Translations under genes and position numbers: made by a program
Assembly: GCA_001787005.1 (NCBI GenBank)
Contig: MFUV01000010.1
Span: 73,955-137,954 of the forward strand
Length of the DNA stretch: 64,000 nucleotides
Direction of reading: 5' to 3'
DNA from: Candidatus Nomurabacteria bacterium RIFCSPLOWO2_01_FULL_39_18
Lineage (GTDB): Bacteria; Patescibacteriota; Minisyncoccia; Phycocordibacterales; UBA9973
Part shown: one piece after another, positions 1 through 10,045 of the stretch
How the letters are laid out: each line of letters opens with the position of its first letter
Numbering within the stretch: position 1 is the stretch's first letter
The notes under the pieces: generated by a model
What the model was told of the DNA's origin: nothing
What the model saw: only the letters and a program-made list of their open reading frames with translations
Database searches by the model: none

Positions 1-174
1 GTGTTCCTTGTGTATTTTTTGAAACTCTTCCGAAACTCCATTTCCATTTCTTGCATATTTTTTCCACATTTTATATTTATAAAAAAAGTGTGTGGCAATC
101 GGCGTCAAAAAAAGGCCTAAAAAGAAGGCAAAAGCGGTCGGAACAAAGATTTTAACCAAGTCTAAATACATCAT
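1..174 (-). CDS. N-terminus of a probable MraY-like phospho-MurNAc-pentapeptide transferase (runs off window)
   Basis: Hand translation MMYLDLVKIFVPTAFAFFLGLFLTPIATHFFYKYKMWKKYAR...FQKIHKEH, open to position 1; TM helix plus basic loop resembles MraY N-termini. Confidence 0.5.
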   Translation of the reverse strand, partial: MMYLDLVKIFVPTAFAFFLGLFLTPIATHFFYKYKMWKKYARNGNGVSEEFQKIHKEH

Positions 175-204
175 TACAATATATCATTTTTTGCCTTAAA
201 GTTC

Positions 205-255
205 ACCTCACCCCTTCGCCCCTCTCCTTGTCAAGGAGAGGGGTTGGGGAGAGGT
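205..255. repeat. GC-rich palindromic element (CCCCTCTCCTTG/CAAGGAGAGGGG), REP-like or terminator
   Basis: ACCTCACCCC..CCCCTCTCCTTG-T-CAAGGAGAGGGG..GGGGAGAGGT next to the stop of the upstream CDS; related to the 12452-12485 element in tsaD. Confidence 0.8.
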
Positions 256-2012
256 CAATACACTTCCGCCTGGTAACACTTTTCACAATAAACGATTTCC
301 GGGCGGTCTGGAGAATATGAAGTTTCGAATTCTACTTCGCACTTGCTTCCTCCATGAAAATGATTTGTTTTGCTTCGCCCGTCGTAGCTTTGCGAAGTCG
401 GGTCGCACATACAAGTACGGTGCCAAAGCTTAAAAGGATTTCTGCGTTTTAATCTAGCCTCGTGACGACAATAAAAACATCGTCTTGGAATCGGAATACT
501 CATTTTTCTGTAGAATATTAATTCATTGGGAATGATCTTGTAATTTCTTTTACAATTTATGCAAACTAAAATTTCTTCGAGAATGCTGTCTGTCACTTCG
601 GTGATTGAATCAGGAATATCTTCTGGCAATAGTGTTTCCTTCCCCACCGTCCGTTGTAAATTATTTTGCCAGTTAAATCCTTTTTTGAAAGCTTCTTCCC
701 TAGAAAGTGGAAAGTGTTCTTGTGCTTCTGTTTCATTGTAGCCAAATGGAGATAGTTCTGCAGGATAAAATTCGCCAAATTTGTAACCGTTTTCCTTCTT
801 GTCTTTGTAGGGTATCTTGTTCATCTGCTCTATAATTTTCGGCACAAGTTTTTCGTATTCCTCTTTTGTATATTGTTTATTGAAAATACAATATTTGGCA
901 TTACGAAGACCTATACAACCAAAACAGTATTGGCAATTATGACAATGCTGGGTATATTCAATGTCCTGGCTTTTCCAGGAATAAATCCCGAACAAATTCC
1001 TGTTTGATTGATCGCAAGTAACACTTTCATAACATTCACTAAGTTCTCCTCCTCCCGCCATGTCATATGAATCTTTCATATTAGTACCAAAATCACAATA
1101 TTTACAATTCTCTGAATTTTTGGCAAAAAAAGAATTTTTTACATTCTTACAGCCCGAAATAACATCACCACTAACATTGACATTATGAATTCCATCCACA
1201 AAACGCCTCGGGTATTTTAAAATAAATTCATCGTACTCTTTCTGTGCTCTTTCTACTCCAGAAAATGTATCGAGCTTATAACTTGCTAAAATCTTCTCAT
1301 ATTCTTCTTTACTATATTGCTCGTTTTTAAAACAATACTTTTTACCAACCAATTCAGCACACATAAAGCAATTAGAGCAGTCTTTGCACCGATATAAAAA
1401 TTGTGAGTCAATGCAAGCTATATTTAACCGAGAATATTTAAGTTGATATGAGTTTCGAGCATTAAAACATTCATAAAGCCATTCACTTTTTGATCTGATA
1501 TTGATGCAATCCATCATATCTCGCCCTTCTAGAATAAAATAACTATACATCACATTTTCAATTCTCCACGCAATAAAAACCATGTAGCAATTTTTACCAA
1601 ATGCAAAGTCTTGTGTATATTCACAATTGACACTCCCAATTCCATCATCATTTACCAGCGCCATGTGCGGTACTTTTAATACAAGTTCTTTAAATTGTTC
1701 AAAGAATGACCGCGAGAAATCATAATCTTGCCCATAATCTTTTGGATCCCACTTATCGCTCCACCAGCATTTATTACAATAAATAACGGCACTGGACTCT
1801 TTAGAATAAATAGTTACCACAGATTTTTTACATAAATCACAAGTTCTGTTATATAGAGATGTGTTGTTTTTCCAAGCCCATCTCCTTTGCCTTCTGCAAT
1901 CCGGACAAAATGTCGGCGGAGGAACTTTGATCTTTTCATAAAACCCAAAGTCATCAGGCTCGATGGTGAAGTTTTGTTTACAATTTTGACAATTTTTTGT
2001 TTCGCTTTTCAT
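255..2012 (-). CDS. Cys-rich repeat protein with N- and C-terminal Zn-ribbons (paralog 1)
   Basis: 585 aa; CxxC pairs, PPPTFCPDCR, WWSDKWDP, CxxCFGC repeats, C-terminal IVYCEKCYQAEVY. Confidence 0.85.
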   Translation of the reverse strand: MKSETKNCQNCKQNFTIEPDDFGFYEKIKVPPPTFCPDCRRQRRWAWKNNTSLYNRTCDLCKKSVVTIYSKESSAVIYCNKCWWSDKWDPKDYGQDYDFSRSFFEQFKELVLKVPHMALVNDDGIGSVNCEYTQDFAFGKNCYMVFIAWRIENVMYSYFILEGRDMMDCINIRSKSEWLYECFNARNSYQLKYSRLNIACIDSQFLYRCKDCSNCFMCAELVGKKYCFKNEQYSKEEYEKILASYKLDTFSGVERAQKEYDEFILKYPRRFVDGIHNVNVSGDVISGCKNVKNSFFAKNSENCKYCDFGTNMKDSYDMAGGGELSECYESVTCDQSNRNLFGIYSWKSQDIEYTQHCHNCQYCFGCIGLRNAKYCIFNKQYTKEEYEKLVPKIIEQMNKIPYKDKKENGYKFGEFYPAELSPFGYNETEAQEHFPLSREEAFKKGFNWQNNLQRTVGKETLLPEDIPDSITEVTDSILEEILVCINCKRNYKIIPNELIFYRKMSIPIPRRCFYCRHEARLKRRNPFKLWHRTCMCDPTSQSYDGRSKTNHFHGGSKCEVEFETSYSPDRPEIVYCEKCYQAEVY

Positions 2013-2017
2013 AATTT

Positions 2018-2053
2018 TAACATTCTCACATTCTTAAGAATGTCGGAATGTTA
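2018..2053. repeat. Intergenic palindrome TAACATTCTCACATTCTTAAGAATGTCGGAATGTTA
   Basis: Near-perfect inverted repeat filling the gap between paralogs 1 and 2. Confidence 0.75.
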
Positions 2054-2056
2054 TCT

Positions 2057-3751
2057 TCAATACACCTCCGCTTGGTAACATTTTTCGCAATACACTATCT
2101 CAGGTTTGTCTGCAGACCAAGAAGTTTTTATGTCTTTGCCACACTTGGCGCATTTGCGATCGTGGATTTCAATAGGATTTAGAAGTTTCGTGCGCGCACG
2201 ATCACGACAAAGTGGACAGTTGTGCGGAATGGGAAGATTGAAACGTCGATAGAAATCAATTTCCATTTTAATTAGCCGATAATTTTTACCGCACTTCTCG
2301 CATTTTAAGATTTCATTGACTATATCATCTTTCACATCTCTTATGTGTTTAGGTATTCTAATCGTTGCATCTTGATAATCTTTGGGTTCAACATCACGCC
2401 AGGCAAAACCTTCTTTTATCGCTTTTCCTTTCCCTAAAGGAAACCATTCCATACTTGTTGATTCATTGTAAGCCCAAGGGGAGATTTCTGAGGGCATCAT
2501 TTCGCCGTATTTATGAATTCTCCCAATTTTATCAATATAAGGAATCTCCATCATTTGTTTACGCAATTTTTCTGTGATCTTTAAATATTCTTCCTTTGAA
2601 TATCTTTTATTTAAAATACAGTACTCCCCTTTTTTAATGCCCACACAGCCAAACATATTATTGGACGAGTGACATCCAAAACAAAATTCGAGATTGCTAG
2701 CGTTGTAGTTCCAAACACTAAATTTTATATTAGACACTTGCAATCCAACCCAGCATGACTCATATATTAATTCTCCTCGCTCACCGAACTCGGTGTAATC
2801 ATAGCAATCAGCAATCGGTCCAGCTTTTAAAAACTGACAGTACCGACAGTCTTTCGCTTTGCGCACCATGTATGAATCGTGGACATTTTTAGAATTGTAA
2901 ACGTACTCCCCCGTTGTATTAACACTGTTTCTATCGTTGAATTGTTTGCGTGGTTGTGTGAGAAGAAATTCCATCGTAGATTTGCGAAATTTCTCCAGAC
3001 TTTCAACAGACCCAAAATCGTATTTTTTAAAAATTTTTTGAAATTCTTCTTTAGAATATGGTTCGTTGAAAATATGGTATTTCTTTTTTGTAAGATTGGC
3101 ACAGCCAACACAATCAGAACATCCTACACAACTACGGCAAAACCACATATTCATAGAACCGACGACATCTTCACAGAAAAAAGTTTGATAGCTGGAGTGG
3201 GTAATAACATTGCCATAGCCCATTTGATCATGGCGTGTCCAAGAACAGTCAATGGAGTCTTTAATGTCAGCAACTTCATTTAAATAAGCACAGTTTTCTG
3301 CATAATCAATTCTAAAACATAAATAACAATCTTTGCATTCTGCGGCAGCATTGCAATAATCACTCCGAACCATTGACGCATGTTCAGTATAGAGAGCAGG
3401 CAACGGTACGTCGCGCATAAGTTCACCAAACTGTTCTAGAAAAGATCGTGACCAATCAATTTCTCTGCCATGTTCCTTAGGATCCCACTTATCACTCCAC
3501 CAAATATCCTGACGATAGACTTTATAGGGTGAATCTTTGTGATGCGTCGTGATAACCTCCTCGCCAGTAAAATCGCATTTTCTTTTATATAAAATTTGAT
3601 AGCCCTGCCAAGAAAGCCTGCGCTTAAGTCGACATTCTGGACACCAAGTCGGTGGTGGCACTTTGATTTTCTCATAAAATCCAAAATCCGAAGCGTCTAT
3701 TGTAAAAGAATTTTTACAATTTTGACAAACCCTAGTTTCTTCCATATGCAT
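2057..3751 (-). CDS. Cys-rich repeat protein (paralog 2)
   Basis: 564 aa; same motifs and same C-terminus as 255..2012. Confidence 0.85.
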   Translation of the reverse strand: MHMEETRVCQNCKNSFTIDASDFGFYEKIKVPPPTWCPECRLKRRLSWQGYQILYKRKCDFTGEEVITTHHKDSPYKVYRQDIWWSDKWDPKEHGREIDWSRSFLEQFGELMRDVPLPALYTEHASMVRSDYCNAAAECKDCYLCFRIDYAENCAYLNEVADIKDSIDCSWTRHDQMGYGNVITHSSYQTFFCEDVVGSMNMWFCRSCVGCSDCVGCANLTKKKYHIFNEPYSKEEFQKIFKKYDFGSVESLEKFRKSTMEFLLTQPRKQFNDRNSVNTTGEYVYNSKNVHDSYMVRKAKDCRYCQFLKAGPIADCYDYTEFGERGELIYESCWVGLQVSNIKFSVWNYNASNLEFCFGCHSSNNMFGCVGIKKGEYCILNKRYSKEEYLKITEKLRKQMMEIPYIDKIGRIHKYGEMMPSEISPWAYNESTSMEWFPLGKGKAIKEGFAWRDVEPKDYQDATIRIPKHIRDVKDDIVNEILKCEKCGKNYRLIKMEIDFYRRFNLPIPHNCPLCRDRARTKLLNPIEIHDRKCAKCGKDIKTSWSADKPEIVYCEKCYQAEVY

Positions 3752-3860
3752 TTATATTATCACTAATCAGAGCGGAGTCCAGCACCAAGCTCCGGCTTTG
3801 GTGCTGCGGATCTGGCTCATTTTTTTGATTAAAATACATTGGTGTGCTATTGTTTTCAGG

Positions 3861-4691
3861 ATGAATCCCCCAGAAATTACAATGAATAAAGACAATTCTT
3901 TACAATCCATTCCTCGCATAATTTTCTTTCTTTTGATGATTACATTGGTTGTTTATTCCTCGTCTTTAAGCATAAGATACAGACGAGAAGAACAAATCAA
4001 AAAAATTGAATCTGAAAAAAAAATCTATTTGACTGGAAAATTTGAGCCGAGCGAGCGAGAAGATTTTGTTTTGATTTCACCGGAAAATGCTTTCGGTGCG
4101 AACGATATGTATTTAAGGAAAGAAGCTTACGGAACATTTATTTTGATGCGCGAAGCCGCCAAAGAAGATGGAATTGATTTAAAGATAGCTTCAGCTACTA
4201 GGAATTTTGATTATCAAAAAAATATCTGGGATGAAAAATGGGCTGAGCTTGAAGTTGTTGATGGAAAAAATATAGATCAAGAAATTCCCGACGGATTAAG
4301 GCGATTTAAAAAAATATTAGAATTCAGTTCGGCTCCTGGCACATCCAGACACCATTGGGGCAGTGATATTGATATAAATAGAGTCAATCCTCTTTATGCT
4401 GGCAGCGCTAGAGATGAAATAGAAAGAGAAAAAATATATGCCTGGCTTGTTAAAAATGCCGCTCAATTTGGATTTTGCCAAACCTACACTCTCAAAAATG
4501 AAGCTAGAAAAACTGGGTACAAAGAAGAAAGGTGGCATTGGTCTTACCTGCCGCTCTCCAAAGCGCTGACGCAAGAATACAAAATTTTAGTAAAAAATGA
4601 AGATATCAAAGGATTTTCGGGCGACGAATTCGTTTCCACTTATGATCTCGTCAACAACTATGTGCTAGCCATCAACCCCGATTGTATCTAG
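3861..4691 (+). CDS. M15B (VanY-like) D-Ala-D-Ala carboxypeptidase
   Basis: SATR, APGTSRHHWGSDID and EERWHWSY Zn motifs; N-terminal TM; start moved to ATG 3861 after a TATTGT -10-like box. Confidence 0.85.
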   Translation: MNPPEITMNKDNSLQSIPRIIFFLLMITLVVYSSSLSIRYRREEQIKKIESEKKIYLTGKFEPSEREDFVLISPENAFGANDMYLRKEAYGTFILMREAAKEDGIDLKIASATRNFDYQKNIWDEKWAELEVVDGKNIDQEIPDGLRRFKKILEFSSAPGTSRHHWGSDIDINRVNPLYAGSARDEIEREKIYAWLVKNAAQFGFCQTYTLKNEARKTGYKEERWHWSYLPLSKALTQEYKILVKNEDIKGFSGDEFVSTYDLVNNYVLAINPDCI

Positions 4692-5213
4692 ATTCTCTGC
4701 TGCAATGTTCATAGAGTTATTGACTTCCCCATAATCTGGCAATTCTTCTACTGATTTTATGCCCATGAAAGATAGTGCTTCAAAACTTGGTTTGTAAATA
4801 TATCGTCTGCTGTCTTTTGCATCCGTAGATTTCTCTATAAGCCCGCGTACCGACAAAGCCCGCAAGGTGAAACTTGAATTTACTCCCCTGATATAATCAA
4901 TCTCTGCCCTACTCACCCCATTTTTATAAAGTATGATAGATAGTGTCTCTAGACTTGCTTTCGAAAGATCCTTGTTTAGTTCTTCCTTCTGTAAATCTTC
5001 AATAAGTTTGGAAAGTTCTGGCGCAGTTCCCAGAGAAATGTCATTTTCCTTTTCGAGCAGGACTATCCCCCGCCCCGCCAGATTTTCTTTCAGTTTTTCT
5101 ATACCTTCATTTATTTCACTTATTCCAACTCTCAAAACATCTCCGAGTTTTTTTCGCGATATTGGTTCTCCTTTCCAAAAAAGCACTGCCTCGATTTTTT
5201 TTTCCAAATCCAT
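4665..5213 (-). CDS. scpB: SMC-Scp complex subunit ScpB
   Basis: IEAVLF..GEP, LSKASLETLSIILY, EIDYIRGVNS. Confidence 0.93.
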   Translation of the reverse strand: MDLEKKIEAVLFWKGEPISRKKLGDVLRVGISEINEGIEKLKENLAGRGIVLLEKENDISLGTAPELSKLIEDLQKEELNKDLSKASLETLSIILYKNGVSRAEIDYIRGVNSSFTLRALSVRGLIEKSTDAKDSRRYIYKPSFEALSFMGIKSVEELPDYGEVNNSMNIAAENLDTIGVDG

Positions 5214-5221
5214 AATTTTAA

Positions 5222-5974
5222 TTACTGTTTTGTTATGACAATATCTTCGAAGTGATTATTTTGCACCGCGTCCAGAATTCCATTTCTTACTAATTCCAGC
5301 ATTGCTAAAAATCCCACTATCACCGTCACCTTCTCTTCCCGCGTAGATACCTTGCCCGCAAATTCGGAAAAGTTCATCTTGAGAGCAGTTTGTATCCTTT
5401 GCGAAAGTCTATTAATCATTTCTTCTATGCTTATAACCTTTCTCACTTCCGCTTCCGGCAAAATTATTTTTTGGGGCATTCCTCCCAGAACCTCGCGCGC
5501 GAAAGTCATCATTGATTCTCTGGTAATCTGATTATCCGGCAAAAATACAAGAACTTGATTTTTCTGTTCCTGTGGCGCAAAAATTATTTTTTTTCCAAAA
5601 TTACTTTTTATATGTAGAGAAAGTTTCGTAAAAAGTTCATATAAACGCAATTGTTCCTCTAGGCTACGTATATCGCCTTCTTCTTCCGAAGTAAGATTTA
5701 AATTAGGAAGCAATGATTTTGATTTGATCAGAATAAGAGTTGATGCAACCAAAATAAAATTTGAAATTTCCTGTGGGGACAAACCTGCCTGCGCCCCGCC
5801 TGCGCGGGCAGGAGACAGGCCACCTAGTTTGTTCATGTACTCTAGGTAATCTTCCGTTACGGTAGCTAATGAAACATCATTAATAAAAAGTTTCCTTTTT
5901 TCTATGAGATCCAAAAGTAGCCCAAAGGGGCCCTCAAAGCCTGCAGTCTTTATTGTATAGGTATCTCTTTCCAC
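5222..5974 (-). CDS. scpA: Segregation and condensation protein ScpA
   Basis: FEGPFGLLLDLI, LILIKSKSLLP, FLAMLELVR; adjacent to scpB; has a 36-nt palindromic insert. Confidence 0.92.
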   Translation of the reverse strand: MERDTYTIKTAGFEGPFGLLLDLIEKRKLFINDVSLATVTEDYLEYMNKLGGLSPARAGGAQAGLSPQEISNFILVASTLILIKSKSLLPNLNLTSEEEGDIRSLEEQLRLYELFTKLSLHIKSNFGKKIIFAPQEQKNQVLVFLPDNQITRESMMTFAREVLGGMPQKIILPEAEVRKVISIEEMINRLSQRIQTALKMNFSEFAGKVSTREEKVTVIVGFLAMLELVRNGILDAVQNNHFEDIVITKQ

Positions 5975-6019
5975 CTTTATATATTAGCATTTTTTGTAAA
6001 AAAAGATATACTGAAACCC

Positions 6020-8506
6020 ATGAAACCACAAAGCGTCCGCCTGTCGAAAAATGTCATTCCAGAGAGATACAATATAGAGCTTAAGCCTGATTTAAAGAAC
6101 TTTTCTTTCGAGGGTATTGAGACGGTAACTGTTTTAGTAAAAAAGCCGACCAAAATTCTCACCCTGCATTCCAAAGAAATAGAAATTGTCACAGCTGAAG
6201 TCTCCGGAACTTTTGCCAAAATTTCCTACAGCCAAAAATCTGAAACGGCAACTTTTGTTTTTCCTAAAAATATTTCTGCTAGCAAGACAAAGCTCACTAT
6301 CGTTTTCAAGGGAATCCTCAACGACAAAATGCGAGGATTTTACAAAAGCAGCTACCAAGTGGATGGCAAGGAGCGCCACATCGCCACCACCCAGTTCGAA
6401 GCCACCGATGCGCGCCGAGCTTTCCCTTGCTTCGATGAACCCGCCCACAAGGCTGTTTTCCATGTTCGGCTCATTGTACCCAAGGACATGAAGGCAATTT
6501 CAAATACTCTGCCTGTTTCGGTGACCGAACATGAAGCTGGTTTTGAAATTATAAAATTCGCCCCTACGCCAAAAATGTCTACTTACCTCCTCGCATTTAT
6601 AGTAGGTGATTTCGAGTACATAGAAAAAAAGTCCTCTCGTGGCGTCATCGTCCGCGTACACACTACTCCCGGGAAAAAACACCAGGCAAAGTTCGCTCTC
6701 GACGTAACAGTAAAAGTTTTAGAATTTTATGAAAAATATTTTGATATTCCATACCCCCTCAATACACTAGACATGATTGCTATTCCTGATTTTTCATCTC
6801 TCGCCATGGAAAACTGGGGAGCGATAACTTTCCGTGAGGTCGGACTTTTGGTGGATGAAAATCACACCTCGACTGCGTCAAAGGAATTAGTAGCGGAAGT
6901 AATTGCCCACGAACTTGCCCATCAATGGTTTGGCAATTTAGTAACGATGAAATGGTGGACACACTTGTGGTTGAACGAAGGCTTTGCTTCATATATTCCC
7001 TACTTGGTCATAGAAAAATTATTTCCAAAATGGAATATCTGGGAAAGGTTTACCACGCAAACACTAGGGATAGCATTAAAACTTGACGCGCTCCAAAATA
7101 CGCATCCTATTGAAATCGAAGTCCACCACCCGAATGAAATTGGAGAAATTTTCGACGCAGTTTCGTATTCTAAAGGAGCCTCCATCATCCGCATGCTGGC
7201 AGATTATTTGGGTGAAAAAGATTTTAGAGACGGTTTGCGATATTATTTAAAAAAGCACAGCTATAAAAACACCGAAACGATTCATCTCTGGCAAGCTTTT
7301 GAAAAGGTATCTAAAAAACCCGTCGCTAAAATGATGCATAACTGGACTTCTAAACCAGGCTATCCTGTGGTTCAGGCAAAGATGGTTAAAGGAAAAATTA
7401 ATTTCTCTCAAAGTAGATTTTTTGCCAACCCAATATCAGCGAAAAAAAAGAAAGATAAAACAAAATGGGAAATTCCAATAACTTTTAAAAAAAATAAAGT
7501 TAATTTTGGAGAAACCGGATTTTTTCGAACAGCTTACTCAAAAGAATTATTGGAAAAGCTTCGTAAACCTATACAAAATATGGCACTAGGCGCTAGTGAT
7601 AGACTTGGCGTCATACGAGATCTTTTTGCTCTTTCAGAGGCGGGAATAATCCCAACCACAGATGCACTGGAATTTTTATCAAGCTACAAGAGAGAAAATA
7701 ATTACACAGTATGGCTCGAGATTGCCGCAGGACTTGCCCAACTTGAGCAGATTTTAGCTAAAACTAAAAGTAGAGAAAATGTGAAAAGAATTGTCCTTAA
7801 TTTATTCTCCCCCTTAGCTAAAAGCCTAGGCTGGAATAAGAAAAAGAAGGAATCACACACCGATACTCTTCTTCGTTCTCTGGCAATTTCTCGCGCCGGA
7901 CGATCTGGTAACAAAGAAATAATAACTGAGGCTAGAAAAAAATTTATTGCAAAAAAAAGGGGTAAACATATATCCCCCGACATCCGTAGCGCAATATATG
8001 CCATCGTTGCCACTCATGGCAGTATGAAAGAATACCGAGTCCTTGTGGCGAGGTATAAAGAAGAAACACTCCATGAAGAAAAAAACAGGATAGGCAATGC
8101 GCTAGGAGACTTCGCTAGTCCGAAAATATTAAAAATGGCATGTGAATTTGCAATTTCTAAAAATGTCCGCCCCCAGGACACCGTTGGAATAATTTCCGGA
8201 GTTGGGATGAACCCTCTCGGTCGAGATATCTGGTGGAATTTTGTGAAGAAAAATTGGAAAATGTTGGTCTCCCGCTATGGCGACGGCGGACACACGCTCT
8301 CCAGACTTATCAAGGCTATCAACAGTAGTGCCGAAGATCGTCATCTAAACATGTTCAAGAAATTCTTCAAAACGCACGACGCCCCCGGAGCCAAACGCTC
8401 CGTAGAGCAAGTCATCGAGCGCCTCGAAGGCAACATCGCTTGGCTGAAAAGAGATGGGAAAAAGATAGAAAATTTTCTAAAACTCGCAGAGTCTGAAGTT
8501 CGATAA
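6020..8506 (+). CDS. pepN: M1 family aminopeptidase N
   Basis: TQFEATDARRAFPCFDEP, AMENWG, HELAHQWFGNLVT..WLNEG. Confidence 0.93.
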   Translation: MKPQSVRLSKNVIPERYNIELKPDLKNFSFEGIETVTVLVKKPTKILTLHSKEIEIVTAEVSGTFAKISYSQKSETATFVFPKNISASKTKLTIVFKGILNDKMRGFYKSSYQVDGKERHIATTQFEATDARRAFPCFDEPAHKAVFHVRLIVPKDMKAISNTLPVSVTEHEAGFEIIKFAPTPKMSTYLLAFIVGDFEYIEKKSSRGVIVRVHTTPGKKHQAKFALDVTVKVLEFYEKYFDIPYPLNTLDMIAIPDFSSLAMENWGAITFREVGLLVDENHTSTASKELVAEVIAHELAHQWFGNLVTMKWWTHLWLNEGFASYIPYLVIEKLFPKWNIWERFTTQTLGIALKLDALQNTHPIEIEVHHPNEIGEIFDAVSYSKGASIIRMLADYLGEKDFRDGLRYYLKKHSYKNTETIHLWQAFEKVSKKPVAKMMHNWTSKPGYPVVQAKMVKGKINFSQSRFFANPISAKKKKDKTKWEIPITFKKNKVNFGETGFFRTAYSKELLEKLRKPIQNMALGASDRLGVIRDLFALSEAGIIPTTDALEFLSSYKRENNYTVWLEIAAGLAQLEQILAKTKSRENVKRIVLNLFSPLAKSLGWNKKKKESHTDTLLRSLAISRAGRSGNKEIITEARKKFIAKKRGKHISPDIRSAIYAIVATHGSMKEYRVLVARYKEETLHEEKNRIGNALGDFASPKILKMACEFAISKNVRPQDTVGIISGVGMNPLGRDIWWNFVKKNWKMLVSRYGDGGHTLSRLIKAINSSAEDRHLNMFKKFFKTHDAPGAKRSVEQVIERLEGNIAWLKRDGKKIENFLKLAESEVR

Positions 8507-8627
8507 TTATCAAATTAAATAGGTAAAATAACTTATCCACAGTGTCACCCTTGAAGGGTAACTAAAGGAGATATTTCTCACTTAAGTAAAAATTCAAAGT
8601 CAAGAAAATATGATAAAATCTTAAGAA

Positions 8628-9215
8628 ATGAAAAAGATGGAGGAATTGCAAAATCTAAACAAGAAATGGATGGAGGAATGCCAGTGCGAGCTCAAAAAAA
8701 CGGCAACGCAGGCTGTGCCTGGAGACGGTAGCGCGGATGCGGAGATTGTTTTCATCGGTGAAGCGCCGGGAAAGTCTGAAGACGCGCAAGGAAAACCTTT
8801 CGTCGGAGCGGCGGGGAAATTCTTGGCAGAAATGCTCTTCATAATAAATTTTAAAAGAGAAGATATCTATATCACCAACATCGTTAAATACCGCCCGCCG
8901 AATAATCGCGACCCTCTCCCCGAAGAAAAGTCTGCCTGCAGAGAATGGCTTCTTGAAGAATTGAAAATAATTGAGCCGAAACTCATTGTGTTCCTCGGTC
9001 GCCACGCTATGAACAATTTCTTCCCCGCCCTTCAAATTTCGCAAGCACATGGAAAGCTACTGATCAAACCCTTCAAGGGCATGTCCACCAAATATTTCTT
9101 CCCTCTTTACCATCCGGCGGCAGCGCTGTATGACGGCTCGATGCGAGAAGTTCTGATAGAAGATTTTAAAAAAATCCCAAAAGTTTTAAAAGAAATTGCC
9201 AAAAGAGAAATTTAA
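8628..9215 (+). CDS. Uracil-DNA glycosylase family 4
   Basis: IGEAPG..ED..GKPFVGAAG, RPPNNRDP, YHPAA. Confidence 0.92.
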   Translation: MKKMEELQNLNKKWMEECQCELKKTATQAVPGDGSADAEIVFIGEAPGKSEDAQGKPFVGAAGKFLAEMLFIINFKREDIYITNIVKYRPPNNRDPLPEEKSACREWLLEELKIIEPKLIVFLGRHAMNNFFPALQISQAHGKLLIKPFKGMSTKYFFPLYHPAAALYDGSMREVLIEDFKKIPKVLKEIAKREI

Positions 9216-9233
9216 TTCTATTATATAGTCCTT

Positions 9234-9989
9234 ATGAAAGGAAAAATACAAGTTGTCATATTGGCGGCCGGTCATGGTAAAAGAATGCAATCAGAACTAC
9301 CGAAGGTTTTAATCCCGCTTCATGGTAAGCCGCTTGTCGCGCATGTGCTTGATGCGGTAAGGGAGTCTGGCATCTGTAACAGGCCTGTAGTCATCGTGGG
9401 TCAACAGCGAGAGCTAGTCATGCAAACACTTGGGAGTGATTATGAATACATAGTTCAAGAAGAACAGCTTGGCACTGGACATGCTGTCCGATCTACAAAG
9501 AAAATTCTGGAAGAAAAAGCAGACCATGTGATGGTACTTTATGGCGATCACCCCTTCATCAGCCCAGAAACCATAAAGAAACTGGCAGAGAAACATTTAC
9601 AATCCGACGCAAAGATAACCATGGCAATAGTGAAGCTCATAGATTTCTTAGAATGGAAATCAATTTTTTACACTAATTTTGGACGGGTAGTTAGAAATAG
9701 TAATGGAGAAATTTCAAAAATAATCGAGTTCAAAGACACAAGCAACGACGACGAGAGAAAGATAAAAGAAGTTAATCCTTCTTATTTTTGCTTCGAATCG
9801 AAGTGGCTTTGGAAAAATCTAGAAAAACTCAAAACCGACAACGTTCAGAAGGAATATTATTTAACTGACCTGGTAAAAATAGCCATGCAAGATAAAGAGA
9901 AAATAGAATCCGTAGATATTGATCCGCAAGAAGCATTGGGGGTAAATTCAAGAGCGGAGCTTGAGATATTGGAGAAGCTTGGTGCATAG
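9234..9989 (+). CDS. GlmU N-terminal-type nucleotidyltransferase (no acetyltransferase domain)
   Basis: LAAGHGKRMQSELPKVL, QLGTGHAV, EYYLTD, GVNSR; ends at 251 aa. Confidence 0.85.
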   Translation: MKGKIQVVILAAGHGKRMQSELPKVLIPLHGKPLVAHVLDAVRESGICNRPVVIVGQQRELVMQTLGSDYEYIVQEEQLGTGHAVRSTKKILEEKADHVMVLYGDHPFISPETIKKLAEKHLQSDAKITMAIVKLIDFLEWKSIFYTNFGRVVRNSNGEISKIIEFKDTSNDDERKIKEVNPSYFCFESKWLWKNLEKLKTDNVQKEYYLTDLVKIAMQDKEKIESVDIDPQEALGVNSRAELEILEKLGA

Positions 9990-9990
9990 T

Positions 9991-10024
9991 CCGGTAGTAA
10001 ATTTTGCCAAAATTTTACTACGGG
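9991..10024. repeat. Short CCGG/CCCG...CGGG-ended hairpin element
   Basis: CCGGTAGTAAATTTTG-CC-AAAATTTTACTACGGG between the glmU-like stop and the gdhA promoter. Confidence 0.65.
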
Positions 10025-10045
10025 ATATAATGTACAATCAAACGT

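Noticed and set aside
255-2130. Similar 3' ends of Cys-rich paralogs as a DGR template/variable repeat pair
   Set aside because: Differences are mostly at third codon positions and not adenine-specific; no reverse transcriptase in the window
8533-8541. Perfect DnaA box TTATCCACA as oriC
   Set aside because: Single box in a 120-bp gap with no dnaA/dnaN or box cluster
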